From Eubacteriales bacterium (GTDB taxonomy: Bacteria; Bacillota; Clostridia; Oscillospirales; CAG-272): 64,000 nt of DNA. Below, one piece after another: positions 27,981 to 38,278 of the stretch. The DNA lies in NCBI GenBank assembly GCA_045531965.1, contig JAZSFA010000078.1, positions 1,091 through 65,090 of the forward strand, read 5' to 3'. Under the pieces are notes generated by a model that did no database searches, had not been told where the DNA came from, and saw nothing but the letters and a program-made list of their open reading frames with translations. Each line of letters starts with the position of its first letter. Position 1 is the first letter of the stretch. The translations under genes were made by a program, and so were the position numbers.

Positions 27981-29222
27981 TCAGAATGCCCAGTTCCCGT
28001 CAGTGAAGATGGCAACTCTCTCACCGCTCTCGGTGATAGCGGTGACCGACAGATCCTCGGTGCCGATCATGAAGTCCACGTGGATCATGGACTCGTTGAT
28101 GCCCATGTCGTGAAGCTCCTGCAGAGTGTACTTGTCGTAATCCTTCACGCAGTTGGTAAAGCCGCGACCTAGAGCCAGATGGCAGGCGGCGTTCTCGTCG
28201 AACAGGGTCTCGTAAAAGGTGATACCACTCTCACGGATGGGGGAGGTATAGGGCACCAGGGCGCACTCGCCCAGCATGGCAGCACCCTCGTCCATGGAGA
28301 CCATCTGCTTCAAGAGATCCTCACCCTTCTCTGCCTTGGCTTCTACCACCTTACCGCCCGCAAAACGCACTGAGAAGTTCTCAATGAGCTGACCGCGGTA
28401 GGACAGAGGCAGAGAGGCTACCACCAGGCCCTCGGCTTTTCCCGCCTTGGGAGAAGTGAAGATTTCCTCGGAAGGAATGTTAGGGTTGAACTCCTCGCCA
28501 CCCAGAGTATGCTCACTGCCGCCGCAGAAGATGCCCTCGGGGATCATATCCACGGTGAAGTCGGTGCCGTTGGCGGATTTATATTCCAGGGTCTTGATGT
28601 GCAGGCTGTTAAGATACTCGCAACGGCTGCGGAAGCTCTCATTGTGCGCCTTCCACTCTGCCACGGGATCAAGGGCGTTCCCTGACTTGTCGATGACGCG
28701 GGAGGTAAAGAGGATGGCGTTCCACAGGCTCTCCACCGCGGTGGTGGTGCGGACACCGGGGAACACCTTCTTGGCCCAGGCCTCACCGGGGACGGCGGCG
28801 ATACACCACTTGTACTTGTTGTCCATGGCGTCACGGAAGGGCTTGATGACGGGGAACCGAGCCTGAGACGCCTTGGTCATCTTCTCCTGGTTGATGCCCT
28901 TCAGACCGTCGGGGTCATCGGACATGAGGTAGAGCATGGCGGGGTTCTTGTCCAGGCGGTACTGGAGCTTGGCACGTTCAATGTCATCCACGGTGGAGAG
29001 GGACTTGAGGGTGCGATAGCGGTAATGGAGCTTGGCGAGGGGCTGGTAGCTCCACTCTACGGTGACGCGGGATGCGCCTGCCTTGTAGCACTCGTCCACG
29101 CACATGGCGACAAATTCAGGTTGGTCAAGACTTGCTTGGATAATGACGGGATCACCCTTCTTGATGGCGACGCCACAGACAGCCAAAAGACGGGCGTATT
29201 GCTTAAGAATGGTCTTTTTCAT
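27981..29222 (-). CDS. Aminopeptidase, peptidase family M29 (AmpS/PepS-like)
   Basis: 413 aa. The N-terminal LKQYARLLAVCGVAIKKGDPVIIQA and the overall layout are typical of thermophilic-metalloprotease M29. Confidence 0.85.
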   Translation of the reverse strand: MKKTILKQYARLLAVCGVAIKKGDPVIIQASLDQPEFVAMCVDECYKAGASRVTVEWSYQPLAKLHYRYRTLKSLSTVDDIERAKLQYRLDKNPAMLYLMSDDPDGLKGINQEKMTKASQARFPVIKPFRDAMDNKYKWCIAAVPGEAWAKKVFPGVRTTTAVESLWNAILFTSRVIDKSGNALDPVAEWKAHNESFRSRCEYLNSLHIKTLEYKSANGTDFTVDMIPEGIFCGGSEHTLGGEEFNPNIPSEEIFTSPKAGKAEGLVVASLPLSYRGQLIENFSVRFAGGKVVEAKAEKGEDLLKQMVSMDEGAAMLGECALVPYTSPIRESGITFYETLFDENAACHLALGRGFTNCVKDYDKYTLQELHDMGINESMIHVDFMIGTEDLSVTAITESGERVAIFTDGNWAF

Positions 29223-29523
29223 AATAAAATCCTTTCCAAATTGTTTTTCTATACTGTTTCAGTATACCACAAGACACAAAAAAAGTCAAGGCAAGCCAAA
29301 CAAAAAGTCCCCGTGCATCCGCACGAGGACAAGAAAACATGCCGATTAAAGGGGATGTCAGCAAGTATTCCTCAGAAATAATCTGCTATCTGTAAAAATC
29401 GAAAGTGGCATGATATTAGCCTAACGACTATTATTTGATTGAATGCCTAATCTTGTCTGTTCTCTTATAATATAACATATTTTACCTTTTCCCGCAATAT
29501 CATATCGGCACAAGTATCTCTCT

Positions 29524-30129
29524 TTACGAAGTGTTTTCCTGTTCAGACGGCAAAACGCATCGCCAAAGCAGCATAAAAAAGAAAATGCCGGAAGAAAGAA
29601 TCGGTACCCCTCGTAAGATCGCATATACAGCGAACATCCACAGGATACCGGCACTCACGACTGTCGTCATAAAACGACACTTGTTAGCCAATTCGGGGGA
29701 GAACCAATAGCTGAGGACAGCTGTCAGAATCCGTCCGCCATCCATCGTTCCAATGGGGAAAAGATTCAAAATGCCCAAACCTAAGGATATATCCCGAAAC
29801 AGAATCCAAGTATCCGAAAGAGCTACCCCTTTTCCCGATAACGTCAGGATCCCCCAGCACAAAAGATTGACTGCCGGACCGCCCCAAGCGATCCATGCTT
29901 CCCTTCCATAAGATACTACCCCTTCAAGCTGCATTCTTGCCCCTAACAGATTTCCGTAAAATCCAGAAACCTTGGTTCCACACAATCGAGCTGCCCAATA
30001 GTGCCCACACTCATGAAGAAAAGCAGCCACCAGAACCACTCCCCATTCCCATTCCTTACCTATGATTATTCCAAAGATAACCAATATTAGTAGTAGCCAA
30101 ATGCCGCTCCTTGTGCCATTATGTTTCAT
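29524..30129 (-). CDS. Site-2 protease family (M50) membrane metalloprotease, short form
   Basis: HECGHYW (HExxH) lies within a TM segment. 5-6 hydrophobic helices. 201 aa. Confidence 0.75.
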   Translation of the reverse strand: MKHNGTRSGIWLLLILVIFGIIIGKEWEWGVVLVAAFLHECGHYWAARLCGTKVSGFYGNLLGARMQLEGVVSYGREAWIAWGGPAVNLLCWGILTLSGKGVALSDTWILFRDISLGLGILNLFPIGTMDGGRILTAVLSYWFSPELANKCRFMTTVVSAGILWMFAVYAILRGVPILSSGIFFFMLLWRCVLPSEQENTS

Positions 30130-30205
30130 ATTCGCGAACCTGCTTTCTTCCTATAACATGACATATAAGAATTTGTAAATGATTCTAAAAATTTTAAAAA
30201 TGCGC

Positions 30206-30234
30206 TTGACAATCAGGCGATTGTACGATATAAT
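30206..30234 (+). promoter_or_regulatory. Sigma-A type promoter
   Basis: TTGACA, 17-nt spacer, TATAAT. Confidence 0.7.
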
Positions 30235-30277
30235 AAAAGCACAATACAACCAAATATATGAATAAAGAGGTATATTT

Positions 30278-30862
30278 ATGAATCTTGAAATCAATGATGC
30301 CTTGATTCCCGGTACTCGTCTGAAAAAGAGTGAGATGGGCAACGTAACCGGTCTTGAGTTTTTGTCCAAAGTTTTTTTCATCAGCGAAGGCGTGATGCTT
30401 TCCCAAATCCGCGAGGTTTCCGGTATCGACGGTTCTACCCTTCAAAACTGGACCAAGCGCGGTTGGGTTGAAAATGCACGGTTGAAGAAGTATAATATTG
30501 ACCAAGTCGCTCATATTCTGATCATCAATATGTTGCGTTCCTGCATTCAGCTGGACAAGATCGCACTTCTGCTCCACTACATCAATGGCAGAATCGATGA
30601 TACCAGCGATGATATCATCCGTGATTCTCAACTGTACGATTACATTTGCCGCATTCTGGACAAGCTGATGCAGCAGGATGTTTGTTCCATGACATCTATT
30701 AAGGACGCTATCCGCGAAGAAATTGCAGGTTATCAGGAGAACATTCCCGGCGCGGCTGATCGTTTGGCTAATGCCTTGGAGATCATTATCGTGGCATATT
30801 ATGCTGCTTTGATCAAGCGTCGTTCTGATGAGATGCTCACCACACTCATGAACCATCGCTAA
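30278..30862 (+). CDS. Hypothetical protein, possibly DUF1836 (MerR-like HTH)
   Basis: LSQIREVSGIDGSTLQNWTKRGWV looks like a MerR/DUF1836-type HTH. Weak assignment. Confidence 0.45.
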   Translation: MNLEINDALIPGTRLKKSEMGNVTGLEFLSKVFFISEGVMLSQIREVSGIDGSTLQNWTKRGWVENARLKKYNIDQVAHILIINMLRSCIQLDKIALLLHYINGRIDDTSDDIIRDSQLYDYICRILDKLMQQDVCSMTSIKDAIREEIAGYQENIPGAADRLANALEIIIVAYYAALIKRRSDEMLTTLMNHR

Positions 30863-30897
30863 TTTTCAATGATCATTCAAGGGAGCGAAACCATCTC

Positions 30898-31461
30898 ATG
30901 CGTTTTTTATCCAAACTGAAACTAACCCTCACCTCCGCCGGTTTGTATCTGATCTATTTACTCGCAGCCTGCATTCTGACCATGCTCATTGAAGCCATGT
31001 TCAATTTCTTTTTGGATCATTTGGTGCTATTGAGCTATCCCGTGCTCACGGTAATTCGTATCGTGATCTATTCTATAGGGGTTCCCGTTATTTTGGGATT
31101 TTTAGGTTACTTCGAAGGCTACCGAGAGGCAGCTTGCCCTATGGGTGAAACCATCACAGCTTTGGTGATTGCCGCTATTTTTCATCTTTTATTTGCCATG
31201 TTTTTTAAATTTCAAGGGTTTATTTCAGGAGCTGTTCGGTTCACAGCAGGCATGATCCATAACGGATGGGGCATTACCCAAACAACACTTGTTGAGAAAA
31301 CCCCGTATCCTCTGTTTCTTTTGACCTTTGCGGGTTACGCCGTCTTTTACGGTATGATTCTGGTTTTATGTAAATATATTGGTTCAAAAAAGCGGATCTG
31401 TGACCGTGCGGAGCTGCGAAAAAACGAAGCTCCCACCGAAGAAAGGAATCATCATGAGTGA
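30898..31461 (+). CDS. Hypothetical membrane protein (about 5 TM)
   Basis: Hydrophobic helices throughout. The stop overlaps the hprK start. Confidence 0.6.
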   Translation: MRFLSKLKLTLTSAGLYLIYLLAACILTMLIEAMFNFFLDHLVLLSYPVLTVIRIVIYSIGVPVILGFLGYFEGYREAACPMGETITALVIAAIFHLLFAMFFKFQGFISGAVRFTAGMIHNGWGITQTTLVEKTPYPLFLLTFAGYAVFYGMILVLCKYIGSKKRICDRAELRKNEAPTEERNHHE

Positions 31462-32389
31462 AAAATACTCTATTCCCCTCAAGAAATTAGCCGAAGAGTT
31501 TTCTCTGGAAGAGATCTGTGTTCCCGGCAATTATGATAACATCCTGATTACAACCCCCGAAGTAAACCGTCCAGGGCTGGCGTTGGCAGGCTTTTTTGAT
31601 ATTTTTGAAAAAGACAGGCTTCAACTGATTGGATACGCCGAGCATTATTATCTCACCGAGCTTTCCGATGAAGAACGACTCAAGCGCATCACGAATTTTG
31701 TTGAAGCACAGCCTGTAGGTGTGATTGTCACAACAGGCCAAACTGTTTTTTCCGAGCTTATCGAAGCCGCTGAAAAGGCGGGTGTTCCCGTTCTTAGAAC
31801 GCAGGAGCATACGTCACCTTTTATGGCAGCACTGATCGCATCTTTGAACACTCACCTCGCGCCACGCATCACCCGCCACGGTGTTCTTGTGGAGGTATAC
31901 GGCGAAGGTATTCTGATTCTTGGTGACAGCGGTGTTGGTAAAAGTGAAACTGCCATTGAACTGGTTAAACGAGGTCATCGTCTTATCGCGGATGACGCGG
32001 TAGATATCAAGCGTGTGTCTGCTAAAACGCTGGTTGGCTCAGCACCCGAATTGATTCGTCACTATATTGAATTGCGCGGCATCGGAATTGTGGACGTGCG
32101 CCGTCTCTTTGGCATGGGCGCGGTTAAAATGACCGAAAAGATTGACTTGATTATCCATCTGGAAAACTGGATTCAAGGCAAGATGTATGACCGTCTGGGT
32201 TTGGATGAAGAGACAACCGAGATTCTTGGTCTCAAGATCCCTTCTATTACGATCCCTGTCAAGCCCGGTCGAAATCTCTCCATTATTTTAGAGATCGCCG
32301 CCATGAACAACCGTCAGAAAAAGATGGGCTACAACACAGCAGAGGAATTTAACAAAAAGCTGATGAGCCAGATCGGAGTGGAATTCTGA
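31454..32389 (+). CDS. hprK: HPr kinase/phosphorylase
   Basis: GDSGVGKSETAIELVKRGHRLIADD P-loop, ELRGIGIVDV. Start at ATG 31454 after GAAAGGAA. Confidence 0.95.
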   Translation: MSEKYSIPLKKLAEEFSLEEICVPGNYDNILITTPEVNRPGLALAGFFDIFEKDRLQLIGYAEHYYLTELSDEERLKRITNFVEAQPVGVIVTTGQTVFSELIEAAEKAGVPVLRTQEHTSPFMAALIASLNTHLAPRITRHGVLVEVYGEGILILGDSGVGKSETAIELVKRGHRLIADDAVDIKRVSAKTLVGSAPELIRHYIELRGIGIVDVRRLFGMGAVKMTEKIDLIIHLENWIQGKMYDRLGLDEETTEILGLKIPSITIPVKPGRNLSIILEIAAMNNRQKKMGYNTAEEFNKKLMSQIGVEF

Positions 32390-33111
32390 TGGTTCCGCAT
32401 CAAAATTCTACAAATGGGCTGTATCTGTCGGTACAGCCCATTCGTTATGATCTTTCCCCAGATTCCCTGGTGTATGAAATCTCCACTCTTTTGCCCGATT
32501 GCGCTGATAATAAAGCATATCTTTCGGCAATCACCGATTCAACCGCACCCATACGATCCAAAATGCAAAGATACGCCGCATTGGCATGTTTCCTCTCTTT
32601 GTTAAAAGAAATCACTCCTCATGCTCTCGACACCCTTCACCTGCGTCGTGATGAGTGCGGACGACCTTATGGGATGGCAGACAGCCTCTTCCAAGCTATG
32701 GACTTTAATCTGACTCACACCGATGGATGGGTTGCCTGTGCGTTGCTGTTGGGAAATGGTCGAGTGGGCGTCGATATCGAAAAAACGGTCAATCAATCGC
32801 TGGCAGAAAAATTAGCCCGTCGATTTTTTACGGATGACGAAAAAAACAGATTATCCATAATCTCCTCGGGTGAAAAATACGCCAAGGCAATTACCAGGCT
32901 TTGGACGATAAAAGAAGCCCTTGCCAAACAAAATGGCGGTGGATATCCCATGCGTTTTGATGCTTGTCACGTGCCGTCAGGTCTTGGCATTTACAGCGGT
33001 ACCGTGTCTCACCCAGGACACTCACAGGCCTCTGTGAGTGTATGCGCCCCTGCCACAGCGTTATCCTCACTTCGCATGATACTGCCCAAGCACGTAGCTT
33101 GGACAACTTAA
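32389..33111 (+). CDS. 4'-phosphopantetheinyl transferase, Sfp type
   Basis: FNLTHTDGWVACAL, GVDIE and WTIKEALAKQ motifs. TGATG overlap with hprK. Confidence 0.8.
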   Translation: MVPHQNSTNGLYLSVQPIRYDLSPDSLVYEISTLLPDCADNKAYLSAITDSTAPIRSKMQRYAALACFLSLLKEITPHALDTLHLRRDECGRPYGMADSLFQAMDFNLTHTDGWVACALLLGNGRVGVDIEKTVNQSLAEKLARRFFTDDEKNRLSIISSGEKYAKAITRLWTIKEALAKQNGGGYPMRFDACHVPSGLGIYSGTVSHPGHSQASVSVCAPATALSSLRMILPKHVAWTT

Positions 33112-33112
33112 A

Positions 33113-33152
33113 GAAAAAAGCAGAGAAATGACACATTCCTCTGCTTTTTTCT
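33113..33152. terminator. Bidirectional intrinsic terminator
   Basis: AAAAAGCAGAG ... CTCTGCTTTTTT. Confidence 0.8.
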
Positions 33153-33689
33153 TTATTGAATATCGATTTGACAAGCGCTCATAGCCAAAAGCGCGGTTTC
33201 ATGTCGTTCAGGTGTTACCCCCGCACAGCAAGCAGCATCTACCGCAATGTCGATTTCAGGCAACGCGGCCTTGATCAGCATAGCATTAGAGATAACACAA
33301 ATATCCGTACATACGCCAATGAGCGTTACCGAATCTATGGGCTTCTGTTGATGCCATGCTATCAATGCCTTTGTCAAATCTGTAGATCCAAACGTGGGCT
33401 TGTCAATGACAACAACATCCGTTTTACCCTCAGACGCCGCCCATATCTCATCCTTGATTTCCCAGCCTTTCGTGCCCTTAATGCAATGAGGCACAGGAAG
33501 ATAGCGACCTTCTCTTGTCTCCAAATAATCTGCTTCGTGGGTGTCTCTGGTGTACACCAGCATACCTTCATGATGCTTAACTTTTTCTATGACTGCAGGC
33601 AAAATGCGTATAGCCTCGGGAGAGCCAAGGACACCGTCCACGAAATCATTTTGCATATCCACAACGACCAATACGTTTTCCATATTCAT
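33153..33689 (-). CDS. Isochorismatase-family cysteine hydrolase (nicotinamidase-like)
   Basis: VVVDMQNDFVDG, TFGSTDL and GVCTDICV give the catalytic D-K-C arrangement. Confidence 0.8.
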   Translation of the reverse strand: MNMENVLVVVDMQNDFVDGVLGSPEAIRILPAVIEKVKHHEGMLVYTRDTHEADYLETREGRYLPVPHCIKGTKGWEIKDEIWAASEGKTDVVVIDKPTFGSTDLTKALIAWHQQKPIDSVTLIGVCTDICVISNAMLIKAALPEIDIAVDAACCAGVTPERHETALLAMSACQIDIQ

Positions 33690-33698
33690 TTCCCCTTT

Positions 33699-34550
33699 TC
33701 AAAGAGAAGCTTTTGCCGCTCTCAAGGTATTTTGCATGAGCATGGTAATGGTCATAGGGCCAACTCCGCCGGGTACCGGCGTAATAAAAGAGGCTACCGG
33801 TTCCACCGATACATAATCCACATCTCCGCACAACTTGCCATCAGTAGGACGGCGGTTCATGCCCACGTCAATCACAACAGCGCCTTCTTTGATCATATCC
33901 GCAGTAAAAAACTCTGGTTTACCAATAGCGGCTACCAAAATGTCAGCGCGGCGCGTAACCTCTGCAAGATCTTTGGTTCGGCTGTGGCAGATCGTCACCG
34001 TACCGTGGGCTTGCAACAAAAGCATTGCCATAGGTTTTCCCACGATGTTGGATCTTCCAACCACCACGCACTCCTTGCCCCTAACCTCAATACCACTCCT
34101 TTGGATCAGTTCCATCACGCCTGCCGGGGTACAAGGAAGATAGTTATAGTCACCGATCATGATGCGTCCGACGTTATAGGGATGGAAGGCATCTACATCC
34201 TTTTCGGGACGAATGCGAAGCAAAATACGCTGTTCATCCAAATGGCGGGGTAAAGGAAGCTGCACCAGGATTCCATGAATCTTGGGATTTTCATTAAGTC
34301 GATCGATGAGTGTTTCCAGTTCCTCTTGGGTCGTTGCCTCGGGAAGCTCATACGCCTCGGAATAAAATCCAACCTCGGTGCAGGCTTTTCGCTTATTTCG
34401 GACATATACCTGAGACGCGGGATCTGTACCTACGATCACCACTGCCAGTCCGGGAGTTACTCCGGTCTTTTCTATAAAGCTTTGGGTTCCCGCTTTGATC
34501 TCGGCTCTGACAGCCGCAGAAATCGCTTTACCGTCAATGATTTTCGCCAT
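33699..34550 (-). CDS. folD: Bifunctional methylenetetrahydrofolate dehydrogenase/cyclohydrolase
   Basis: IIDGKAIS, PGLAVVIVGTDPASQVYVRNK, VGRSNIVGKPMAMLL and TPVPGGVGPMT. Confidence 0.96.
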   Translation of the reverse strand: MAKIIDGKAISAAVRAEIKAGTQSFIEKTGVTPGLAVVIVGTDPASQVYVRNKRKACTEVGFYSEAYELPEATTQEELETLIDRLNENPKIHGILVQLPLPRHLDEQRILLRIRPEKDVDAFHPYNVGRIMIGDYNYLPCTPAGVMELIQRSGIEVRGKECVVVGRSNIVGKPMAMLLLQAHGTVTICHSRTKDLAEVTRRADILVAAIGKPEFFTADMIKEGAVVIDVGMNRRPTDGKLCGDVDYVSVEPVASFITPVPGGVGPMTITMLMQNTLRAAKASL

Positions 34551-35589
34551 TTTCTTTGTCCTCTCTTTCTTTTTTCTCTTGAACTGTTTCTTCTTGAACA
34601 GCTTCGGTGTCGGAAAGCGAAGCTTCCAAGGTTAATGCGTCTTCATCAATAGTCAAAGTCTCCGTCGTATCACCGTTTGCGTGTTCAGACTCAATCTTAT
34701 TTTCACCATCGGCAAGGAGCGGTGCCGGAGGCGCAACCAACAAACCGCCAAATAGCGTTTCCAGTTTTCCTTTTTGCTTCATAAGTAAGCCTGCAATCAA
34801 CAGTCCGCCTGCCACCACGAAGCAAATCATACCAATAACTTGAGAAATACGGAAAGGCCCCACATAGAGGCTGTCTGTACGCAAGCCTTCGATAAACATA
34901 CGTCCAAATCCGTACCAGCAAAGATACATCAACGCATTCTGACCGTTGAACTTCTTCTTTTTATAGAGCAACGTAATGATGACAAAACCAATGATGTTCC
35001 AAAGAGATTCATAGAGGAAGGTAGGATGATAATACTTCATCTCGCTCCCTGTAAAATCAGAGATGATTCCCATGCGCAAGAAATACAGGGGACTATTGGT
35101 TGCCACCTCATAACCAAAGGCTTCTCCGTTGGCAAAGTTTCCCCATCGACCGATCGCTTGTGCCAGCATGACACCGGGGCCTACCATATCCAACACGCGA
35201 AATACGTTGATCTTTTTTACAAGGCTGACCACCACAATGGTTACAATGCCAGCAATAATCCCACCATAAATCGCCAATCCGCCATCCCATATGGCGATGA
35301 TGTCAACAAAGCTGTCATAACGTCCACCGCCCCACGTTGTTGCCACATAGTAAAGTCGTGCGCCCAAAACACCAAAGAAGACAATGAATATGGTAAGATC
35401 CAGCAAATCATCCACCTTGACGCCCTCGCGTTTAGAGCGCAGATAAGCATGGGTCACAGCTGCCACCACGCCCAGCATGATGATCACACCATACCAATAG
35501 ATATCTTTCCCAAACAAATTAAATGCGACGCGTGAAAAGGAAAATTCTTCAATTCCCAAACCGGGGAATGCAACTGTTGTTGTACTCAT
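34534..35589 (-). CDS. lgt: Prolipoprotein diacylglyceryl transferase with an acidic C-terminal tail
   Basis: YWYGVIIMLG, GRWGNFANGEAFG, HPTFLYESLWN and GLRTDSLY. The last 75 aa or so are D/E-rich. Confidence 0.93.
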   Translation of the reverse strand: MSTTTVAFPGLGIEEFSFSRVAFNLFGKDIYWYGVIIMLGVVAAVTHAYLRSKREGVKVDDLLDLTIFIVFFGVLGARLYYVATTWGGGRYDSFVDIIAIWDGGLAIYGGIIAGIVTIVVVSLVKKINVFRVLDMVGPGVMLAQAIGRWGNFANGEAFGYEVATNSPLYFLRMGIISDFTGSEMKYYHPTFLYESLWNIIGFVIITLLYKKKKFNGQNALMYLCWYGFGRMFIEGLRTDSLYVGPFRISQVIGMICFVVAGGLLIAGLLMKQKGKLETLFGGLLVAPPAPLLADGENKIESEHANGDTTETLTIDEDALTLEASLSDTEAVQEETVQEKKEREDKENGENH

Positions 35590-36924
35590 TCAATCACTCC
35601 TTTGATTATCAATAGGCGTTTCATTCAAGGGCAAGACCACCGACATCGCGTATTTTTCCGGGACAAAACAAGTTCGAAACAGCTCGGTGACCTCTTCTAA
35701 CGTGATGGACAGCAAGGTGGGAATAAAGTCAAAAAGTAAAACACCGTCCATGGTATACGTCAGAAGAGACTGGGCAATATCTTCAGCTGCATCAAAGCTT
35801 GTCACATAGTCTCCGTAGAGAACACGACGGCTGCGTTCAAAATCTGTTTTTGATAAGCCGGTGGCTTGAAGCGTATGAATATAGGCGCAGAAACGATCGT
35901 AGATCAGCGCAGGATCATCCCCTTCTCCCGACAAAGCATAATAGCCATAACCGTCACCTATGGCACTGCCATAGGAATACGTGGGAGTAATGATCCCTGA
36001 TTCAAACAAATCACTGTAAAACGTGCCCGAGCGAGAAAACAGCATTTCTGTGAGCAACGTCATCATCAGGTCTTTACGAAATAACAGCTTGGGATCTTTC
36101 GGGATGTGGTTGTCCTTGACCCCTATACAAAACAAAGGCTTGGGCACCTGCATTTGTATGCTTGCCTCGGCTTTGAAGGGTTCGTCAGGCTCAACGGGCT
36201 TGTCTGACAAAAGCGCCATGTCAAAGGGTTTAACCTCTCCCAGGCAAGCGTCGATGACGGAAAAGATCTTATCTACGTCCACCTTACCGACAACAGACAG
36301 CACCATATTTTGAGGATGATAGTAAGCCTCAAAATGTGCCTTCAATAATTTTGGCGTTATTTTTCGCAAGGAGGCTTCTGTCCCACAGATTTCTTCACGC
36401 ACCCGATGCTTTTGATACATCGCGCGGAGCAACTCCGCATAACAGCGCTCAAAGGGGCTGTCATTGTTCATGCGGATTTCCTCAGCAATGATGGCTCTTT
36501 CTTTGGTGACAGATGATCTTGTGATCGTCAGGTCTGATACTAAATTCAAAAGCAGCTCAAGAGCCTTTTCAAAGTTCCGGGTGCAAGAAACGTAATAAAC
36601 CGTTTTGTCATAAGATGTATAGGCATTGACCTCGGCACCCAGCTCTGAAAATTGAAGATCCACCGATGTCCCATCGTTTTTTTCAAACATTTTGTGTTCC
36701 AAAAAGTGCGCGATGCCCAAAGGTGTCTGTTGTCCCGTAGGCAGACCTGAAGGCATGCATAACGGCGCATCAACGGAACCGTAGGCTACCCCCAACATGG
36801 CATAGACGGTGGCAACGTCTTTCTGGCAAACCACAACCCTAAGTCCGCTGCTATGGACATATAGCTCATAGCTCTCTTCCAGCACGTGGGACTCAAAACA
36901 TTGAGACTTTCTCGTATCAGTCAT
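35590..36924 (-). CDS. M16 (pitrilysin/insulinase) family zinc peptidase, catalytic-type subunit
   Basis: HFLEHKMF (HxxEH). Start at ATG 36924, which overlaps the stop of the upstream partner (ATGACTGA). Confidence 0.85.
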   Translation of the reverse strand: MTDTRKSQCFESHVLEESYELYVHSSGLRVVVCQKDVATVYAMLGVAYGSVDAPLCMPSGLPTGQQTPLGIAHFLEHKMFEKNDGTSVDLQFSELGAEVNAYTSYDKTVYYVSCTRNFEKALELLLNLVSDLTITRSSVTKERAIIAEEIRMNNDSPFERCYAELLRAMYQKHRVREEICGTEASLRKITPKLLKAHFEAYYHPQNMVLSVVGKVDVDKIFSVIDACLGEVKPFDMALLSDKPVEPDEPFKAEASIQMQVPKPLFCIGVKDNHIPKDPKLLFRKDLMMTLLTEMLFSRSGTFYSDLFESGIITPTYSYGSAIGDGYGYYALSGEGDDPALIYDRFCAYIHTLQATGLSKTDFERSRRVLYGDYVTSFDAAEDIAQSLLTYTMDGVLLFDFIPTLLSITLEEVTELFRTCFVPEKYAMSVVLPLNETPIDNQRSD

Positions 36925-38278
36925 CTTCTGCCACCTCCCCGTCGGCATTCGTCGCATTCAGGAAATACACCGTATCCAGGGTGAATTTTCGTGCAACGCG
37001 GATCACATCATCAAAGGTCACAGCCAAAAAGCGCTTCAAATGTTCTTCCGGCGGAACGGGTTGCTGACTGTCATGCCAAAACCAATATGATTCCATAGCA
37101 GCAGGACTATCGGGCAGTTGATTGTAACTGTTCTTTAAAGATATTTTTGCAAGATCGATGTTCTCTTGCGACAGGCGACCCTGTTGAAGATCTGAAAAAA
37201 TCGTAAAAATGGCTTGCTCCGCAGCTTCTCGATTTTGCGGATGGACCCCTAAAGTCACAGAAAGAATACCTTTCTTCCCCTCAAAAGCTGCATCGCAATC
37301 ATAGCAAAGCCCCAACTCTTCTCTGACATAACGGAAAAGAAGCGAGGACTGCATGATACCCAAAAGCTCACAAAGAATCACAGCAGCTGCATAGTTGTCC
37401 TGCCCGTGGCAAATGGGCGTTGTATCTGTCACCCCCAAAGACCAGGATATACACAATCTTCCCTGTCCCACAGGAAAGCTCTCATCCACACGTTTGGGAG
37501 AATCGGATGGTTGATGGGCATGTGGCTTTGTCAATTGGAGCGGGGTGGGGTTAAAATCAGCGAAAACCTGTTGGAATGTAGCCGCCACTGTTTCGGGAAA
37601 CTCACATCCAACGTAATATATCTCCCAGTGGGCATCCGCCAGCCACCTGTTCATCAGTTGGGTCACCGTTTCAGGTGTTACTTCTGCGATCATAGGAATG
37701 CTCCCCGAAAGCGACAGTCCAAAGGGTTCACCTTCACAAGTGATCTGACGAAGGCGCGTCGCCGCATAGCTGCGCGGTTCATTGATCTCTGACTCCAGAC
37801 TATCGATCAGCGCCTTTTTTTCAGCTTCGACCATTGCCGCAGGCAAGAATCCCTCTTCGTCTCTAAGCGGGTGCAGAAGCATTTCTGCCATCAGTTCCAT
37901 TGTTCCTCCCAAAATGTGAGGATGGTCACCCTCCAAAGCGTAAACATCTGCCATCATTTCAGCGGTAAAACTCAGCACGTGATCGTCACCTCTCAGAAAA
38001 TTCCGAAGGGTCAGCGTTGTTCCATACAGATCATCCAAACGGTGATTCAAAAGAGCCAAGCTCGGATACTTCTCGCTTCCCCGCCGAAAAATGCCAAACA
38101 ACAGTGTCTCAAGCGGGGAAATATACGCATCGGCGGGTGTTATGGTATAGATACTCAACCGTGCGGTTTTGAATCTATGGGTCTGTAGGGCATACAAGGT
38201 CACCGCATCTGAAATAGGCAAACAAACAGGGATGGGTGTGTTCATATCAGCTATGTTTGATTTCATCCCAGATCGCAT
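36917..38278 (-). CDS. M16-family peptidase-like protein lacking HxxEH (non-catalytic partner)
   Basis: Length and fold-like pattern match M16, but there is no HxxEH motif. The start is uncertain (38278, 38266 or 38245; no clear SD). Confidence 0.7.
   Translation of the reverse strand: MRSGMKSNIADMNTPIPVCLPISDAVTLYALQTHRFKTARLSIYTITPADAYISPLETLLFGIFRRGSEKYPSLALLNHRLDDLYGTTLTLRNFLRGDDHVLSFTAEMMADVYALEGDHPHILGGTMELMAEMLLHPLRDEEGFLPAAMVEAEKKALIDSLESEINEPRSYAATRLRQITCEGEPFGLSLSGSIPMIAEVTPETVTQLMNRWLADAHWEIYYVGCEFPETVAATFQQVFADFNPTPLQLTKPHAHQPSDSPKRVDESFPVGQGRLCISWSLGVTDTTPICHGQDNYAAAVILCELLGIMQSSLLFRYVREELGLCYDCDAAFEGKKGILSVTLGVHPQNREAAEQAIFTIFSDLQQGRLSQENIDLAKISLKNSYNQLPDSPAAMESYWFWHDSQQPVPPEEHLKRFLAVTFDDVIRVARKFTLDTVYFLNATNADGEVAEDD

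Noticed and set aside
33156-34253. A 365-aa ORF on the plus strand, opposite the nicotinamidase-like gene and folD.
   Set aside because: It spans two well-supported minus-strand genes and their intergenic gap. It has no motifs and an odd composition (R/H/C-rich).
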